A DNA stretch of 35,753 nucleotides from positions 1 through 35,753 of the forward strand of contig VGYP01000002.1 in the NCBI GenBank assembly GCA_016872955.1, written 5' to 3'. Origin of the DNA: Planctomycetota bacterium. GTDB lineage: Bacteria > Planctomycetota > Planctomycetia > Pirellulales > UBA1268. The position numbers were made by a program, and so were the translations under genes. Shown piece by piece: positions 8,610-17,132 of this stretch. Positions within the stretch are counted from its first letter, which is position 1, and each line of letters opens with the position of its first letter. The notes under the pieces are model-generated. The model had not been told where the DNA came from, did no database searches, and saw only the letters and a list, made by a program, of their open reading frames with translations.

Positions 8610-11364
8610 CGGCCGCCGCGACCGGCAGCAGTACGTCGCAGCCCTCCACGACCTCGTGCCGCCAGTGGCCGCTGGCGATCCGGGCCCGGATGGCGTCGGT
8701 CGTCGGTCGCCGCCGAAACCACGGCGCCGCCGGCGTGGTATCCGCCTGCGGTGCCACCACGACCGCCCCCAGGGGCAGCCCGCCGAGCGAGACCTCGGGG
8801 TGCTCCCAGACTTCGGCGATATCGGGGAACCAGGCCGGGCAGACGAAGGCCTTGCGGCCCGCGTGGAAGGGCAGCTCGCTGCTGTAGTCCCCCTCCCCGA
8901 AGACGACCAGGCCGCTGGCGGCGGGCGTGGCCTCCCGCAGCCACAGCCCGAGCCGGTAGCGGCCCACGGAGAGCGGGTCCTGCTGCTCGATGGGGCGTTT
9001 GACCACGATGCGGTAGCAGGCACGGTAGGCGGCGACGTTGGCGATCAGGAACGGCACCAGGGCGAGCGGGGCCAGGGCGGCCACCCCCGTCGTCCGCGGC
9101 AGCCAGGAACCGATCGCGATCGCGACCGCGGCCAGCAGAAACATCAGGCAGGCGACTTGGTAGTACTCGTGCACCACGTGCAGGGGGGTGAAGATCGCGA
9201 GGGGCGCGACATAGAGCGCCAGGCACAGGACCACGAGCACCCGCTCGCGGCGTCGCGTGCGACAGCGGCTGCCGTCCGGCCAGCACAGGCAGGCGGCCAG
9301 GGCGGCGACGGCCAGCCATCCGCCGGCGTTCCCCCGCAGCCCCCGTTCCCAGACCACGCCGTGCCACGTCGCGGCATCGAGCCGCAGGGCCAAGGAGCCG
9401 AGGTTGTGGGCCGTCAGACCGCTCGAGGTGAGCAGACGCCCCAGCGGATTGGCCGCCTTAACGGTGTCGGAGTGGGCGACCCAGGCCGCGCCGATCGCGA
9501 GGGCCACCAGCCCGAGCGCCACGCCCCAGGAAGCCCCGGCCCGAAACCTCCGGCCGGCACCGCCGCACCACATCACCGCGCCCGCCACCAGCAGTGCGAG
9601 CAGCACCGGTCCGGTGGTGGTCGACTTCTGGAGCACGCCGAGCGTGGCGGTGGCGACGAACAGTCCGCGGCTCCACCAGCCACCTCGGCTGGCGACGACG
9701 TCGATCCACCAGGGAAGGCAGGCGAGCGTGAAGAACACGGCCGTCGTCTCGATCATGAACGACCGCCCCCAGTAGATGAAAAGCGGCGCCGACCAGAGCA
9801 GGGCAGCGAACACCCAGGGCACCGCCCGAGGCAGCCGCAGCCGCGCGGCGAGTTGCCAGGCGGGCCAGCCGCAGGCCGCCAGAAACAGCCAGCTGACCAC
9901 GCGGCCGGTGGCCGAGAGGTCCCAGCCGGTGACCGCCACGATCGCCGCCACGACCGACTGGTAGATGGGGAACTCGAAGGGGATCGACCAGGGCGCACCC
10001 GCGACGGGCGTCTGGTAGTCGAGCCGCCAGCCCTCGCGAACCATCCACTCCGCCGTCAGCGCCGTCTGCGTCTGTCGGAAGGCGTGGATGTCGACGAGGG
10101 GCTGATCGCGATAGCGGATGGCGATCGATCCCGACACGCAGAGCATGGCCAGCGCCAGCACCACGACGGCCCAGTGCCAGCGGGGATCGGCGAGCACCCC
10201 GCCACGGGCCGGGGGCGACAGGCCCATGGCGGCCGGCATGGGCCGGGGTGCGGCGGAAGTCGCCGCGACCGCTCGGCCGGTGAGGGCGGCGATCAGCCGG
10301 GCCCCGGCACGGATGCCGGGCAGTTCCACCCAGGCGTGGGTGCAGGTCGCCACGGCCGTGACCAGGGCCGTGACCACGCAACCGGTGCCCAGGAAGGCCC
10401 ACTCGCCGAGGATGTCGGTCAGCCCGGTGTGGATGCGGAGAATCGGGTTTTTGAAGACCGCGATCAGCAGCGGATGCAGCAGGTAGATGCTGTAACTGCG
10501 GTCGCCGAGGAACTGCATCGGCCGTGCCGCCAGGAAGTGGGTCGGCGCCGCCGCCTGCCAGACGGTGAGGCCGGCGAAGCACAGGCCCCAGAGCGTCGTC
10601 AAGGGTCGCCACGGCCCCAGCAGCCGCAGTTGCAGCGGTGAGACGAGCACGGCTGCCAGGCCGAGGGTGACGGCCGCCACGATCGCGACCGGGCGTCGGC
10701 CCCCGGGCAGCGCCCGCCACAGGTGGTAGGCGGCGATGCCGACCACGAACACCACCAGCGAAGCGATGAACGACAAGTTGGCGTAGCCCGCCAGCGCGTC
10801 GCCCCCCCGCACTAGCGCCGCCCGACCCGCCCCGCTCACGGCCGCCGCGAGCGCCAGGCAGACAACGGCGGCCCGCAGGCTCTGGATCGTGGCCAGCAGC
10901 ACCGGCAGCAGGCAGTAGAAGATCATCTCGACGCCGATCGTCCAGCCGGCCGCCACGATCGACTCGTGCTTGCCGGGCACCAGGTTGAACGTGAAGGTCA
11001 GGTTGAGCAGCAGCGTGGCCAGGTCGGGCGCCACCCCGTGGCTCCAGAAGTACACCACCCAGACCACGAGCATGCCGTAGAACAGCGGCGCGATCCGGAA
11101 AAACCGCTTCACCAGGTAGTCGCGGATCCAATCGGGCCGCCCCATCGAATGGATCGTCGAGTGGCACAGCGAGAACCCGCTGAGCACGAAGAACAACGTG
11201 ACGCCCAGGCCGAAATGGGTGCCGATGAAGCCGCACCGCGGGGGCAGCGGCAGGGCGACGAGATGGTGGAGGTGGAAGAGCAGCACCGCCACGGCGGCCA
11301 CGCCCCGCAGGCCCAGGAGGGCGGGCAGCAGTTGGCGGGCCGGAGCATGATCGGGGCGTGCCAT
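8554..11364 (-). CDS. Fusion protein: acyltransferase family 3 (OafA/YrhL-like) N-terminal domain plus GT-C-like (ArnT/PMT_2-like) polytopic C-terminal domain
   Basis: The track ORF runs to 11943, but its first 193 aa are Arg/Pro-rich and overlap the upstream gene. ATG 11364 gives MARPDHAPARQLLPALLGLRGVAAVAVLLFHL. AT3 motifs: VTLFFVLSGF, KRFFRIAPLFYG, GWTIGVEMIFYCLLP, GDRSYSIYLLHP. After aa ~430 comes a first-loop segment, DIHAFRQTQTALTAEWMVREGWRLDYQTPVAGAPWSIPFEFPIYQ, followed by more than 10 further hydrophobic helices, resembling lipid-carrier-dependent GT-C enzymes. Confidence 0.75.
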   Translation of the reverse strand: MARPDHAPARQLLPALLGLRGVAAVAVLLFHLHHLVALPLPPRCGFIGTHFGLGVTLFFVLSGFSLCHSTIHSMGRPDWIRDYLVKRFFRIAPLFYGMLVVWVVYFWSHGVAPDLATLLLNLTFTFNLVPGKHESIVAAGWTIGVEMIFYCLLPVLLATIQSLRAAVVCLALAAAVSGAGRAALVRGGDALAGYANLSFIASLVVFVVGIAAYHLWRALPGGRRPVAIVAAVTLGLAAVLVSPLQLRLLGPWRPLTTLWGLCFAGLTVWQAAAPTHFLAARPMQFLGDRSYSIYLLHPLLIAVFKNPILRIHTGLTDILGEWAFLGTGCVVTALVTAVATCTHAWVELPGIRAGARLIAALTGRAVAATSAAPRPMPAAMGLSPPARGGVLADPRWHWAVVVLALAMLCVSGSIAIRYRDQPLVDIHAFRQTQTALTAEWMVREGWRLDYQTPVAGAPWSIPFEFPIYQSVVAAIVAVTGWDLSATGRVVSWLFLAACGWPAWQLAARLRLPRAVPWVFAALLWSAPLFIYWGRSFMIETTAVFFTLACLPWWIDVVASRGGWWSRGLFVATATLGVLQKSTTTGPVLLALLVAGAVMWCGGAGRRFRAGASWGVALGLVALAIGAAWVAHSDTVKAANPLGRLLTSSGLTAHNLGSLALRLDAATWHGVVWERGLRGNAGGWLAVAALAACLCWPDGSRCRTRRRERVLVVLCLALYVAPLAIFTPLHVVHEYYQVACLMFLLAAVAIAIGSWLPRTTGVAALAPLALVPFLIANVAAYRACYRIVVKRPIEQQDPLSVGRYRLGLWLREATPAASGLVVFGEGDYSSELPFHAGRKAFVCPAWFPDIAEVWEHPEVSLGGLPLGAVVVAPQADTTPAAPWFRRRPTTDAIRARIASGHWRHEVVEGCDVLLPVAAAVTPAAPPTDPGGSTTDPR

Positions 11365-11387
11365 CCGCGTCGGCGACGGCCGCGCCG

Positions 11388-12269
11388 TCAGCCGCTCCCC
11401 TCCGTGGCCTGCAGAGAGACGATCCGCTGGAACGGCGACTCCGGTAGGATCTCTTCGTGCATCACCCGCCAGCCGGGGGCCAGGTCGGCCAAGGCCGCCA
11501 CGGTCATCGAGGTGTCGCCATAGGTGATGTCGCCATCGACGGGCGGTCGCTTGTGGGGCCGGAAGGCGAAGCCGTCGGTGGCGTGGGCCGTCTCGAGCTG
11601 TTGCCGATCCTCCGGCGTGAGCCCGGCGTGGACGTTCCAGTACACCACCGGGCGGATCGTGGCCACGAGCAGGCCGCCCGGTGCGGTGGCCGCCCGGATC
11701 GCCGCCAGGGCCTGCCGCGTCGCCCGTCGCGACGTGTGCGTGAACACGGAGAAGGCGTAGACCAGATCGAAGGAGCCGGCGGGGTAGGGCAACCGCTCCG
11801 GCAGATAGGGCGTCACCTGCAGGTCGACGGGAATACGGTCCTGCCGGCAGAGGTCGATCGCTCGATCCCAGGGGTCGCAGCCGAACAGCTGTCCCGGGTC
11901 CGCGGCGTGCAACAACAGCCGCAGCAGGCGGCCGTAGCCGCACCCGTAGTCGAGGATTTTCGCCTCCGCGAGCGGCCGTGTGCCGAGCCGCTGCCAGACG
12001 GCCATCAGTGCCCGCACGAAGGCCAGGCTCTCCGGCAAGAGCGTGCGGCCGGCAGCGCCGGTGAAAGCCTGCTGCGTCTCCGCGGAGGCCATCGCGGGCA
12101 GGAGGCCCGAGAGTGCCGGCAACGCGGGATCGGGCATGTCGAGCAGCGTCTCTCCGAAGGCGTCGAGCGGCAGACGACGGAGCATGCGAAGTGTCGCGTC
12201 GAGGGGAACACCCCCGGCGGCGACGGCCGCCTCGGTGTCGCGGACGATGTCGGCGTGCTGGAGGCTCAT
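11388..12269 (-). CDS. Class I SAM-dependent methyltransferase
   Basis: ATG 12269 (MSLQHADIV...) overlaps the upstream stop as ATGA. Motif I ILDYGCGYGRLLRLL, then FDLVYAFSVFTHT and APGGLLVATI. Confidence 0.85.
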   Translation of the reverse strand: MSLQHADIVRDTEAAVAAGGVPLDATLRMLRRLPLDAFGETLLDMPDPALPALSGLLPAMASAETQQAFTGAAGRTLLPESLAFVRALMAVWQRLGTRPLAEAKILDYGCGYGRLLRLLLHAADPGQLFGCDPWDRAIDLCRQDRIPVDLQVTPYLPERLPYPAGSFDLVYAFSVFTHTSRRATRQALAAIRAATAPGGLLVATIRPVVYWNVHAGLTPEDRQQLETAHATDGFAFRPHKRPPVDGDITYGDTSMTVAALADLAPGWRVMHEEILPESPFQRIVSLQATEGSG

Positions 12270-15200
12270 GACAGGAGACCCTCGCGGGCGGCGGCCCGCC
12301 AACCCTCGCACCTCCGCCGAAACGCGTCCAGCCGCTCGCGCGCGGCCTCTGCGTCGAGCCCCAGGATACCCGCGGCGGCGGCGATCACCTGACGGCCCTC
12401 CTCCCACTCCAGTTCACCCGGCGGACGGGTGCGGGAGTGCGACGTCCGCTGCCGCCAGAGGTTGAGGGGTTCGGGGGAGAAAGCCACGTCGCCGCGGCCA
12501 CAGAGCCGCACGTAGGCCAGCCAGTCGCCGCACAGCCGCATGTCGGCGTCGATCAGGTCGACCAGGTCGGGAGCGTTGCGGAACAGGACGGCGCTGACGT
12601 TGGGAATCGTGTTCTTGTGGATCAGGGCGGCGGCCAGTTCATCGCGGCCGGCGGCGAGGTACGGCTTCCGCCAACGCTCCGGCGAGATGTCGGCCGTCCA
12701 GTCGAGCGGCAGCCCCAGCGAGCCGCCCCGTTCGTCGATCATCTCCGACTGGCAGTAGGCCAGCACGGCCTGCGGATTCGCTTCGAGCATCGCGACGAGC
12801 GTCCGCAACAGCCCGGGTCGCGCGGCGTCGTCCGATTCGGTGATCCACACGTAGCGGCCCCGCGCCTGGACGAGGCCCTTGCGCCACTGGCGGAAGGCGG
12901 AGCCGGAGTTGACCGTGTTGGCCACCACCGAGGCCCGCGGCTCGCGCCGCGCGAACTCCTCGAGGATGGCGAGGCTGCCGTCGCCCGATCGATCGTCGAG
13001 CAGGATGATCTCGATGTCCACGACATCCTGGTCGAGGATCGACGCTAACCGCTCGGGGAGGTGTGGGGCGTGCTCGTAGTTGGGCACGATCACGCTGACG
13101 AGCGGAGCCGCGGCTGCCGCCCAGGCCCGCCGGCCGGCGGCCACCTCCCGCAGCAGACGCAGCGTCTCGGTGGCCACCACGCGGCTGTCGTAGGTGGCCC
13201 GCACACGGCCGGCGATCGAGCGACCCAGCGACCGCCGCTGCCCGGCGTCATCGGCCAGACGGAGGATCGCGGCCGTCGCCGCCGCGACGTCCTCCATCGG
13301 CACCACCACGCCGCCGTCGTCGCCCACGAACGCTGGGATGTCGCCGGCGCCGGCGAAGCAGACCACCGGCAGGGCGGTCGCGGCGGCCTCCAAAGCGACC
13401 AGCGGCATCGGATCCTCGCGGGACGAGAGCAGGAACAGGTCGGCCGCGTGCAGGAGCCGTCGCACGTCCCCCCGCGTACCCAGAAAATGCACGTGTCCCT
13501 CCAGGTTCCGCTCGGCGAGCCATTCGCGGTGGTAGTCGGCGTCGCCGCCGGCCCAGACGAATCGCAGGTCGGACCTGTGGGCGACGGCCCGGGCCGCGAT
13601 CTCGCAGAACAGGTCGGGCCCCTTCCGCCAGTCGGTCGTGCCGCAGCCGACGACCACGATGCCGGTGGGGTCCGCGCCCCACTCGCTTCGCAGAGCCTCG
13701 ATCACCGCCGTGGACGGGGCCTCGTCGTCGCAGGCGATGTGGGCGGGCACGACCTGCACCAGGTCCGCCGCGATGCCGTGCCGGACGACCAGGTTGTCGC
13801 GGATCGCCGGCGCGGCCGCCATGAACAGGTCGCTGGCGCGGCGTGTGGCCGCGAAGATCTCCCCCGGCGCCCAGTGCTCGATCGACTTTTGCAGTTCATG
13901 GGCGTGGGTCACGATCGGCATGCCGAGAGGCCGGATCCATTCGAGCACCGGTCCGTTGACCACGGTGCTCGAGTAGACGACCGACGGCGGGCGACCGGCG
14001 AAGTCGGCGGCGGCGGCCAGCGCCCGACGGCGGCCGGGCTCGTCGGGCAGGTCTTCGAGCACCGTCGTGGGATAGGCGGCCTCGAAGGCCGGCCGCAGCA
14101 CGCCCCCACCCACGCACACGATCCGCACGCCCTCGATCCCCGCCCGCTTCCACTGCTGCACGGTGCGGAGCGTCACCATCTGGGCCCCGGCCAGGTGGGC
14201 GTCGTGGCTGAGCACGAGCAGCCGCAGATCGTCACGGGGGGCGGGTGCCTGGGGAGCCAGGCCCACCGCGGCGGCCGTCTCCTCGAGATGGCGGTAGCCG
14301 TGCCGCACGTCGGGCTCGAGATGGGCCCCCTCCGCCCACTCGTTCCAGGCATTGACGAACACCAGCCGCCGGTCGGGCGGCTGCTCGCGGCCGGTGAGGG
14401 CGATCGCCTCCCGCAGCCAGCGGCCGTAGGCTTCCGGCGAGGCGTGCATCCAGGCCGTGGCCCGCTCCATGCGGCGGGCGGTGTTGTCCCAGGCGGGCAT
14501 CACGCCTCGATACAGCGTGGCGTCCGGGGCCGCCTCCGCCAGCGAAAACCGCGCGGCGTCTTCGTACTCGAAAAGCGAGCCGCGAAACGACGGATCGGCC
14601 CCCACCGTCGGGTCGGCGGCACGGTTCTCCGCCGGGATCAGCAGCGGCGGAAACTGGATCGCTGCATCGAATCCGAACTCGCGAGGATTCCGCTTGTCGA
14701 AGCTGCGGACCGCCACGAGGTGGAGTTCTCCGACCCCCTCGTCGCGGCAGGCCCGCCGCCACGTGGCCGCGGTGGCGGCGGCGTCGGACAACGATTCGGG
14801 CCGGTAGACCGCCACCAGCGGCCGCCCCTCGACCCGCACGTACCGCCGGTCGCGGAGGTAGGGGATCAGGTCGTAGATGAAGCGGGCGTCGTTGTCCGGC
14901 AAATGCTGCTGCGCGACGAGCACCTCGCGCTCGCGGCCGTCCCAGGTGCGGGTCCAGTTCTCGTTGGCCCAGCAGAGGCAGAAGGGAAAGTCCGGCCGGC
15001 CCGTCGCCAGCAGCCGTTCGAGCGGCTTCTCGAGCAGTCGGCGACCGTCGAACCAGTAGTGATAGAAGCAAAAGGCATGCACGCCGTAGCGGCGGGCCAT
15101 GGCCGCCTGCCGCTCGAGCGTGTCCGGGTCGAGCAGGTCGTAGTAGCCGATGTCGGGGTGTGGGACGGCGGGCTGCTCGTGACCGGGAAAGAAGGGGCGG

Positions 15201-17032
15201 CCGCGGTGGACATTGGTCCATTCGGTGAACCCCTCGCCCCACCAGGCATCGTTCTCGGGGATGCGGTGGAACTGCGGCAGGTGCATCGCGATCACCCGCA
15301 GCCCCGCGGGCGGGCCGGCCGGCGGCAGGGACCCAAGTCCGAGCGGGCCGTTTGCCAGGGCGTTGCTGACGGTCCGCCACTCGCGATACGATCGCGTCCA
15401 GCCGAAGACCCAGGGCAGGCGGGTGAAGAGAAACCCGCGCAGCCGCTGCTTGGCGGGGATACTCATGGGCAGGCGGCGCCACCAGCGGCGTCCCGTCCGC
15501 GACAGGCGGTCCGCGGTCCGGACGGGCAGCCTCTGGCCCCAGCGGCGGAGATCCCGCAGGGGTGCCGTCAGCCGCCACGAGCGGCTCTTCGCCATGCGCG
15601 ACAGTTCGCGATCGAGTTGCCGTCGGAAGGCGATGTTGTCGCGGCAGGCCGCCTCCAGCCGCTCGACGTCGTCCCGGAGCACGTCGGCCGTCGCCTCCGC
15701 GGTGGCCAGCGCCTCGACGAGCCGGGCTCGTTCGGCCGATAACCCGGCCAGTTTCTCGTGCTGCAGGGCGTGTTCCGCCTGCAGGTCGGAGAGTTGTCCC
15801 GTGACGCGGTCGCACTGCCGCCGAGCGGCCTCCTCGACGAGCGTTAGCCGCGCCGTCTCGGCCTCAAGCGACCGTTCGCGCTCGACGAGCGCGTCGCGTT
15901 CGGCCGCCAGGGCGTCGATCCTGGCCACCAGCTGCTCGGCCTGTTTCGTCAGGCCGGCCGCACGCGTTCGCTCGGCCTCGAGGCGGTTAGCCTCGGCCTC
16001 GTGACGGCGCAGGTCCGCCTCATGGAGGGCGGCCCGTTCGCTGGCATCGGTCAGCTGCTGCTGTTGGGCGATGCGATAGCCCTCGGCCCGCGAGGTGGCG
16101 TCGTCGAGCGACAGTCGCGTCTGGAGCAACTCGGCGGTGAGTCCGGCTTGGTTCCGGCCGGCCTCCTCCAGGGCGGCGTTCGTGCGGGCCAGGTCCCCTT
16201 CCACCGCCCGCAGGCGCGACCAGAGCATGACCGCGGCGTCGAAGGCCGGCAGGGTCGAGGCGTCGGCCGCCGTGTCGGCCCCCGCAGCCGTGCCGCGGAG
16301 CGACTCGTGGAGACGCGCCGTGTCGGGGGCCGCCAGCCGCAATGCCGCCGCGATGGCCGGTGGCTCGACCGCGTGCAGCATGCCCGACCGGTAGCACGCG
16401 GGCGGATCCACGACCGGCATCCCGAAGCGGTCCCGGAGCGTTCCGAACAGGGCGGCCGGCCGTTCGACGACCCGCTCGAGGTCGCAGACGACGATCCGTT
16501 CTGGCCACCGCTGGGCGAAGACGAGCAGGGACTGGTTGTAGTGCCGCCAGACATCGAGCGCGAAGGTGGGATTGGCGCGGAAAGCCCAGTCGCCCCGCCG
16601 AAACAGCGAGTCGATCACGTCCCAGGGCGGCCGTACAACGGCCACGAACACCGCTTCGGGGAGACACTCCCGCCAAAAGTCGAGTAGCAGGGTGGTGCGC
16701 GGGTTCTTCCACCCCCAGGGATGGCCACGGCGGCGACGATCCCAGGCGAGTTGTTCGGCCTCGCGCCGCAGCCCGTCGGGCACCGTGATGCCGCCGCCCG
16801 CCACGAAGCCCTCCGGTCCGATGCCGGTGGCCTGCAGCACCCGCTCGTGCCAGTGCAAAAACTCAAGGTCCTCGAAGTGGCCCGCCCCGTTGCCAGGGTG
16901 CGGCCCCAACAGATCGGTGCCCATGTCGATGCCGGCCGCCTGGCAGAGTGACGCCACCAGCGACGTGCCGGAGCGGTGCATGCCCACGACGACGACGGCC
17001 GGCGGATGATTCGCGCTGCTGGATTCGGCCAT
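12266..17032 (-). CDS. 1588-aa multidomain polysaccharide biosynthesis protein: sulfotransferase, coiled coil, WbsX/GH99-like, GT4 (GT-B), GT2 (GT-A)
   Basis: Sulfotransferase: VVVVGMHRSGTS and WGWKNPRTTLLLDFW. Coiled coil at aa ~268-480. WbsX: MHLPQFHRIPENDAWWGEGFTEW, CLCWANENWTRTWDG, NAWNEWAEGAHLEP. GT4: VVVGCGTTDWRKGPDLF...HVHFLGTRGDV...SSREDPMPLVALEAAATALPVVCF. GT2: VSVIVPNYEHAPHL...IILLDDRSGDGS...WITESDD. Approximate nt spans: ST 16388-17005, coiled coil 15593-16231, WbsX 14273-15301, GT4 13133-14230, GT2 12443-13105. Confidence 0.85.
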   Translation of the reverse strand: MAESSSANHPPAVVVVGMHRSGTSLVASLCQAAGIDMGTDLLGPHPGNGAGHFEDLEFLHWHERVLQATGIGPEGFVAGGGITVPDGLRREAEQLAWDRRRRGHPWGWKNPRTTLLLDFWRECLPEAVFVAVVRPPWDVIDSLFRRGDWAFRANPTFALDVWRHYNQSLLVFAQRWPERIVVCDLERVVERPAALFGTLRDRFGMPVVDPPACYRSGMLHAVEPPAIAAALRLAAPDTARLHESLRGTAAGADTAADASTLPAFDAAVMLWSRLRAVEGDLARTNAALEEAGRNQAGLTAELLQTRLSLDDATSRAEGYRIAQQQQLTDASERAALHEADLRRHEAEANRLEAERTRAAGLTKQAEQLVARIDALAAERDALVERERSLEAETARLTLVEEAARRQCDRVTGQLSDLQAEHALQHEKLAGLSAERARLVEALATAEATADVLRDDVERLEAACRDNIAFRRQLDRELSRMAKSRSWRLTAPLRDLRRWGQRLPVRTADRLSRTGRRWWRRLPMSIPAKQRLRGFLFTRLPWVFGWTRSYREWRTVSNALANGPLGLGSLPPAGPPAGLRVIAMHLPQFHRIPENDAWWGEGFTEWTNVHRGRPFFPGHEQPAVPHPDIGYYDLLDPDTLERQAAMARRYGVHAFCFYHYWFDGRRLLEKPLERLLATGRPDFPFCLCWANENWTRTWDGREREVLVAQQHLPDNDARFIYDLIPYLRDRRYVRVEGRPLVAVYRPESLSDAAATAATWRRACRDEGVGELHLVAVRSFDKRNPREFGFDAAIQFPPLLIPAENRAADPTVGADPSFRGSLFEYEDAARFSLAEAAPDATLYRGVMPAWDNTARRMERATAWMHASPEAYGRWLREAIALTGREQPPDRRLVFVNAWNEWAEGAHLEPDVRHGYRHLEETAAAVGLAPQAPAPRDDLRLLVLSHDAHLAGAQMVTLRTVQQWKRAGIEGVRIVCVGGGVLRPAFEAAYPTTVLEDLPDEPGRRRALAAAADFAGRPPSVVYSSTVVNGPVLEWIRPLGMPIVTHAHELQKSIEHWAPGEIFAATRRASDLFMAAAPAIRDNLVVRHGIAADLVQVVPAHIACDDEAPSTAVIEALRSEWGADPTGIVVVGCGTTDWRKGPDLFCEIAARAVAHRSDLRFVWAGGDADYHREWLAERNLEGHVHFLGTRGDVRRLLHAADLFLLSSREDPMPLVALEAAATALPVVCFAGAGDIPAFVGDDGGVVVPMEDVAAATAAILRLADDAGQRRSLGRSIAGRVRATYDSRVVATETLRLLREVAAGRRAWAAAAAPLVSVIVPNYEHAPHLPERLASILDQDVVDIEIILLDDRSGDGSLAILEEFARREPRASVVANTVNSGSAFRQWRKGLVQARGRYVWITESDDAARPGLLRTLVAMLEANPQAVLAYCQSEMIDERGGSLGLPLDWTADISPERWRKPYLAAGRDELAAALIHKNTIPNVSAVLFRNAPDLVDLIDADMRLCGDWLAYVRLCGRGDVAFSPEPLNLWRQRTSHSRTRPPGELEWEEGRQVIAAAAGILGLDAEAARERLDAFRRRCEGWRAAAREGLLS
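15593..16231 (-). other. Predicted coiled-coil segment (~210 aa) inside the 1588-aa protein
   Basis: A continuous Ala/Glu/Arg/Leu/Gln-rich stretch that is nearly free of Pro and poor in Gly, for example LEAERTRAAGLTKQAEQLVARIDALAAERDALVERERSLEAETARLTLVEEAARR. It ends before KSRSWRLTAPLRDL. Confidence 0.6.
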
Positions 17033-17111
17033 GGGTCGGGGACTGTCCTCGGTCGCGACGGCCGCCGTCCTGGCCGCCGAACACCGCCTTCCAGACTACC
17101 TTCGGTCGCCG

Positions 17112-17132
17112 GCAGCCGCCCACCGCGGCTGC
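17112..17132 (-). terminator. GC-rich hairpin immediately after the rmlC stop (8-bp perfect stem, 5-nt loop, no U-tract)
   Basis: GCAGCCGC-CCACC-GCGGCTGC on the plus strand at 17112-17132. It abuts the rmlC stop (17133-17135) inside the 100-nt rmlC-to-giant-gene gap, the largest of the few gaps in the minus-strand gene chain. Confidence 0.3.

Noticed and set aside
8656-10641. 661-aa plus-strand ORF, and 592-aa (9458..11236) and 329-aa (8378..9367) minus-strand off-frame ORFs, over the AT3-GT-C gene
   Set aside because: They have Gly/Arg/Pro/Asp-rich composition and no motifs. The chosen frame has complete AT3 signatures and coherent transmembrane helices.
11365-11943. N-terminal 193-aa extension of track ORF 8554..11943
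   Set aside because: The extension is Arg/Pro/Gly-rich and overlaps the methyltransferase gene (11388-12269) in another frame. The AT3 homology begins right after ATG 11364.
13061-15742. 893-aa plus-strand ORF and 527-aa minus-strand off-frame ORF (14232..15815) within the 1588-aa gene
   Set aside because: They are low-complexity Gly/Arg/Pro/Val-rich translations. The chosen frame contains four independent, well-known domain signatures in a row.
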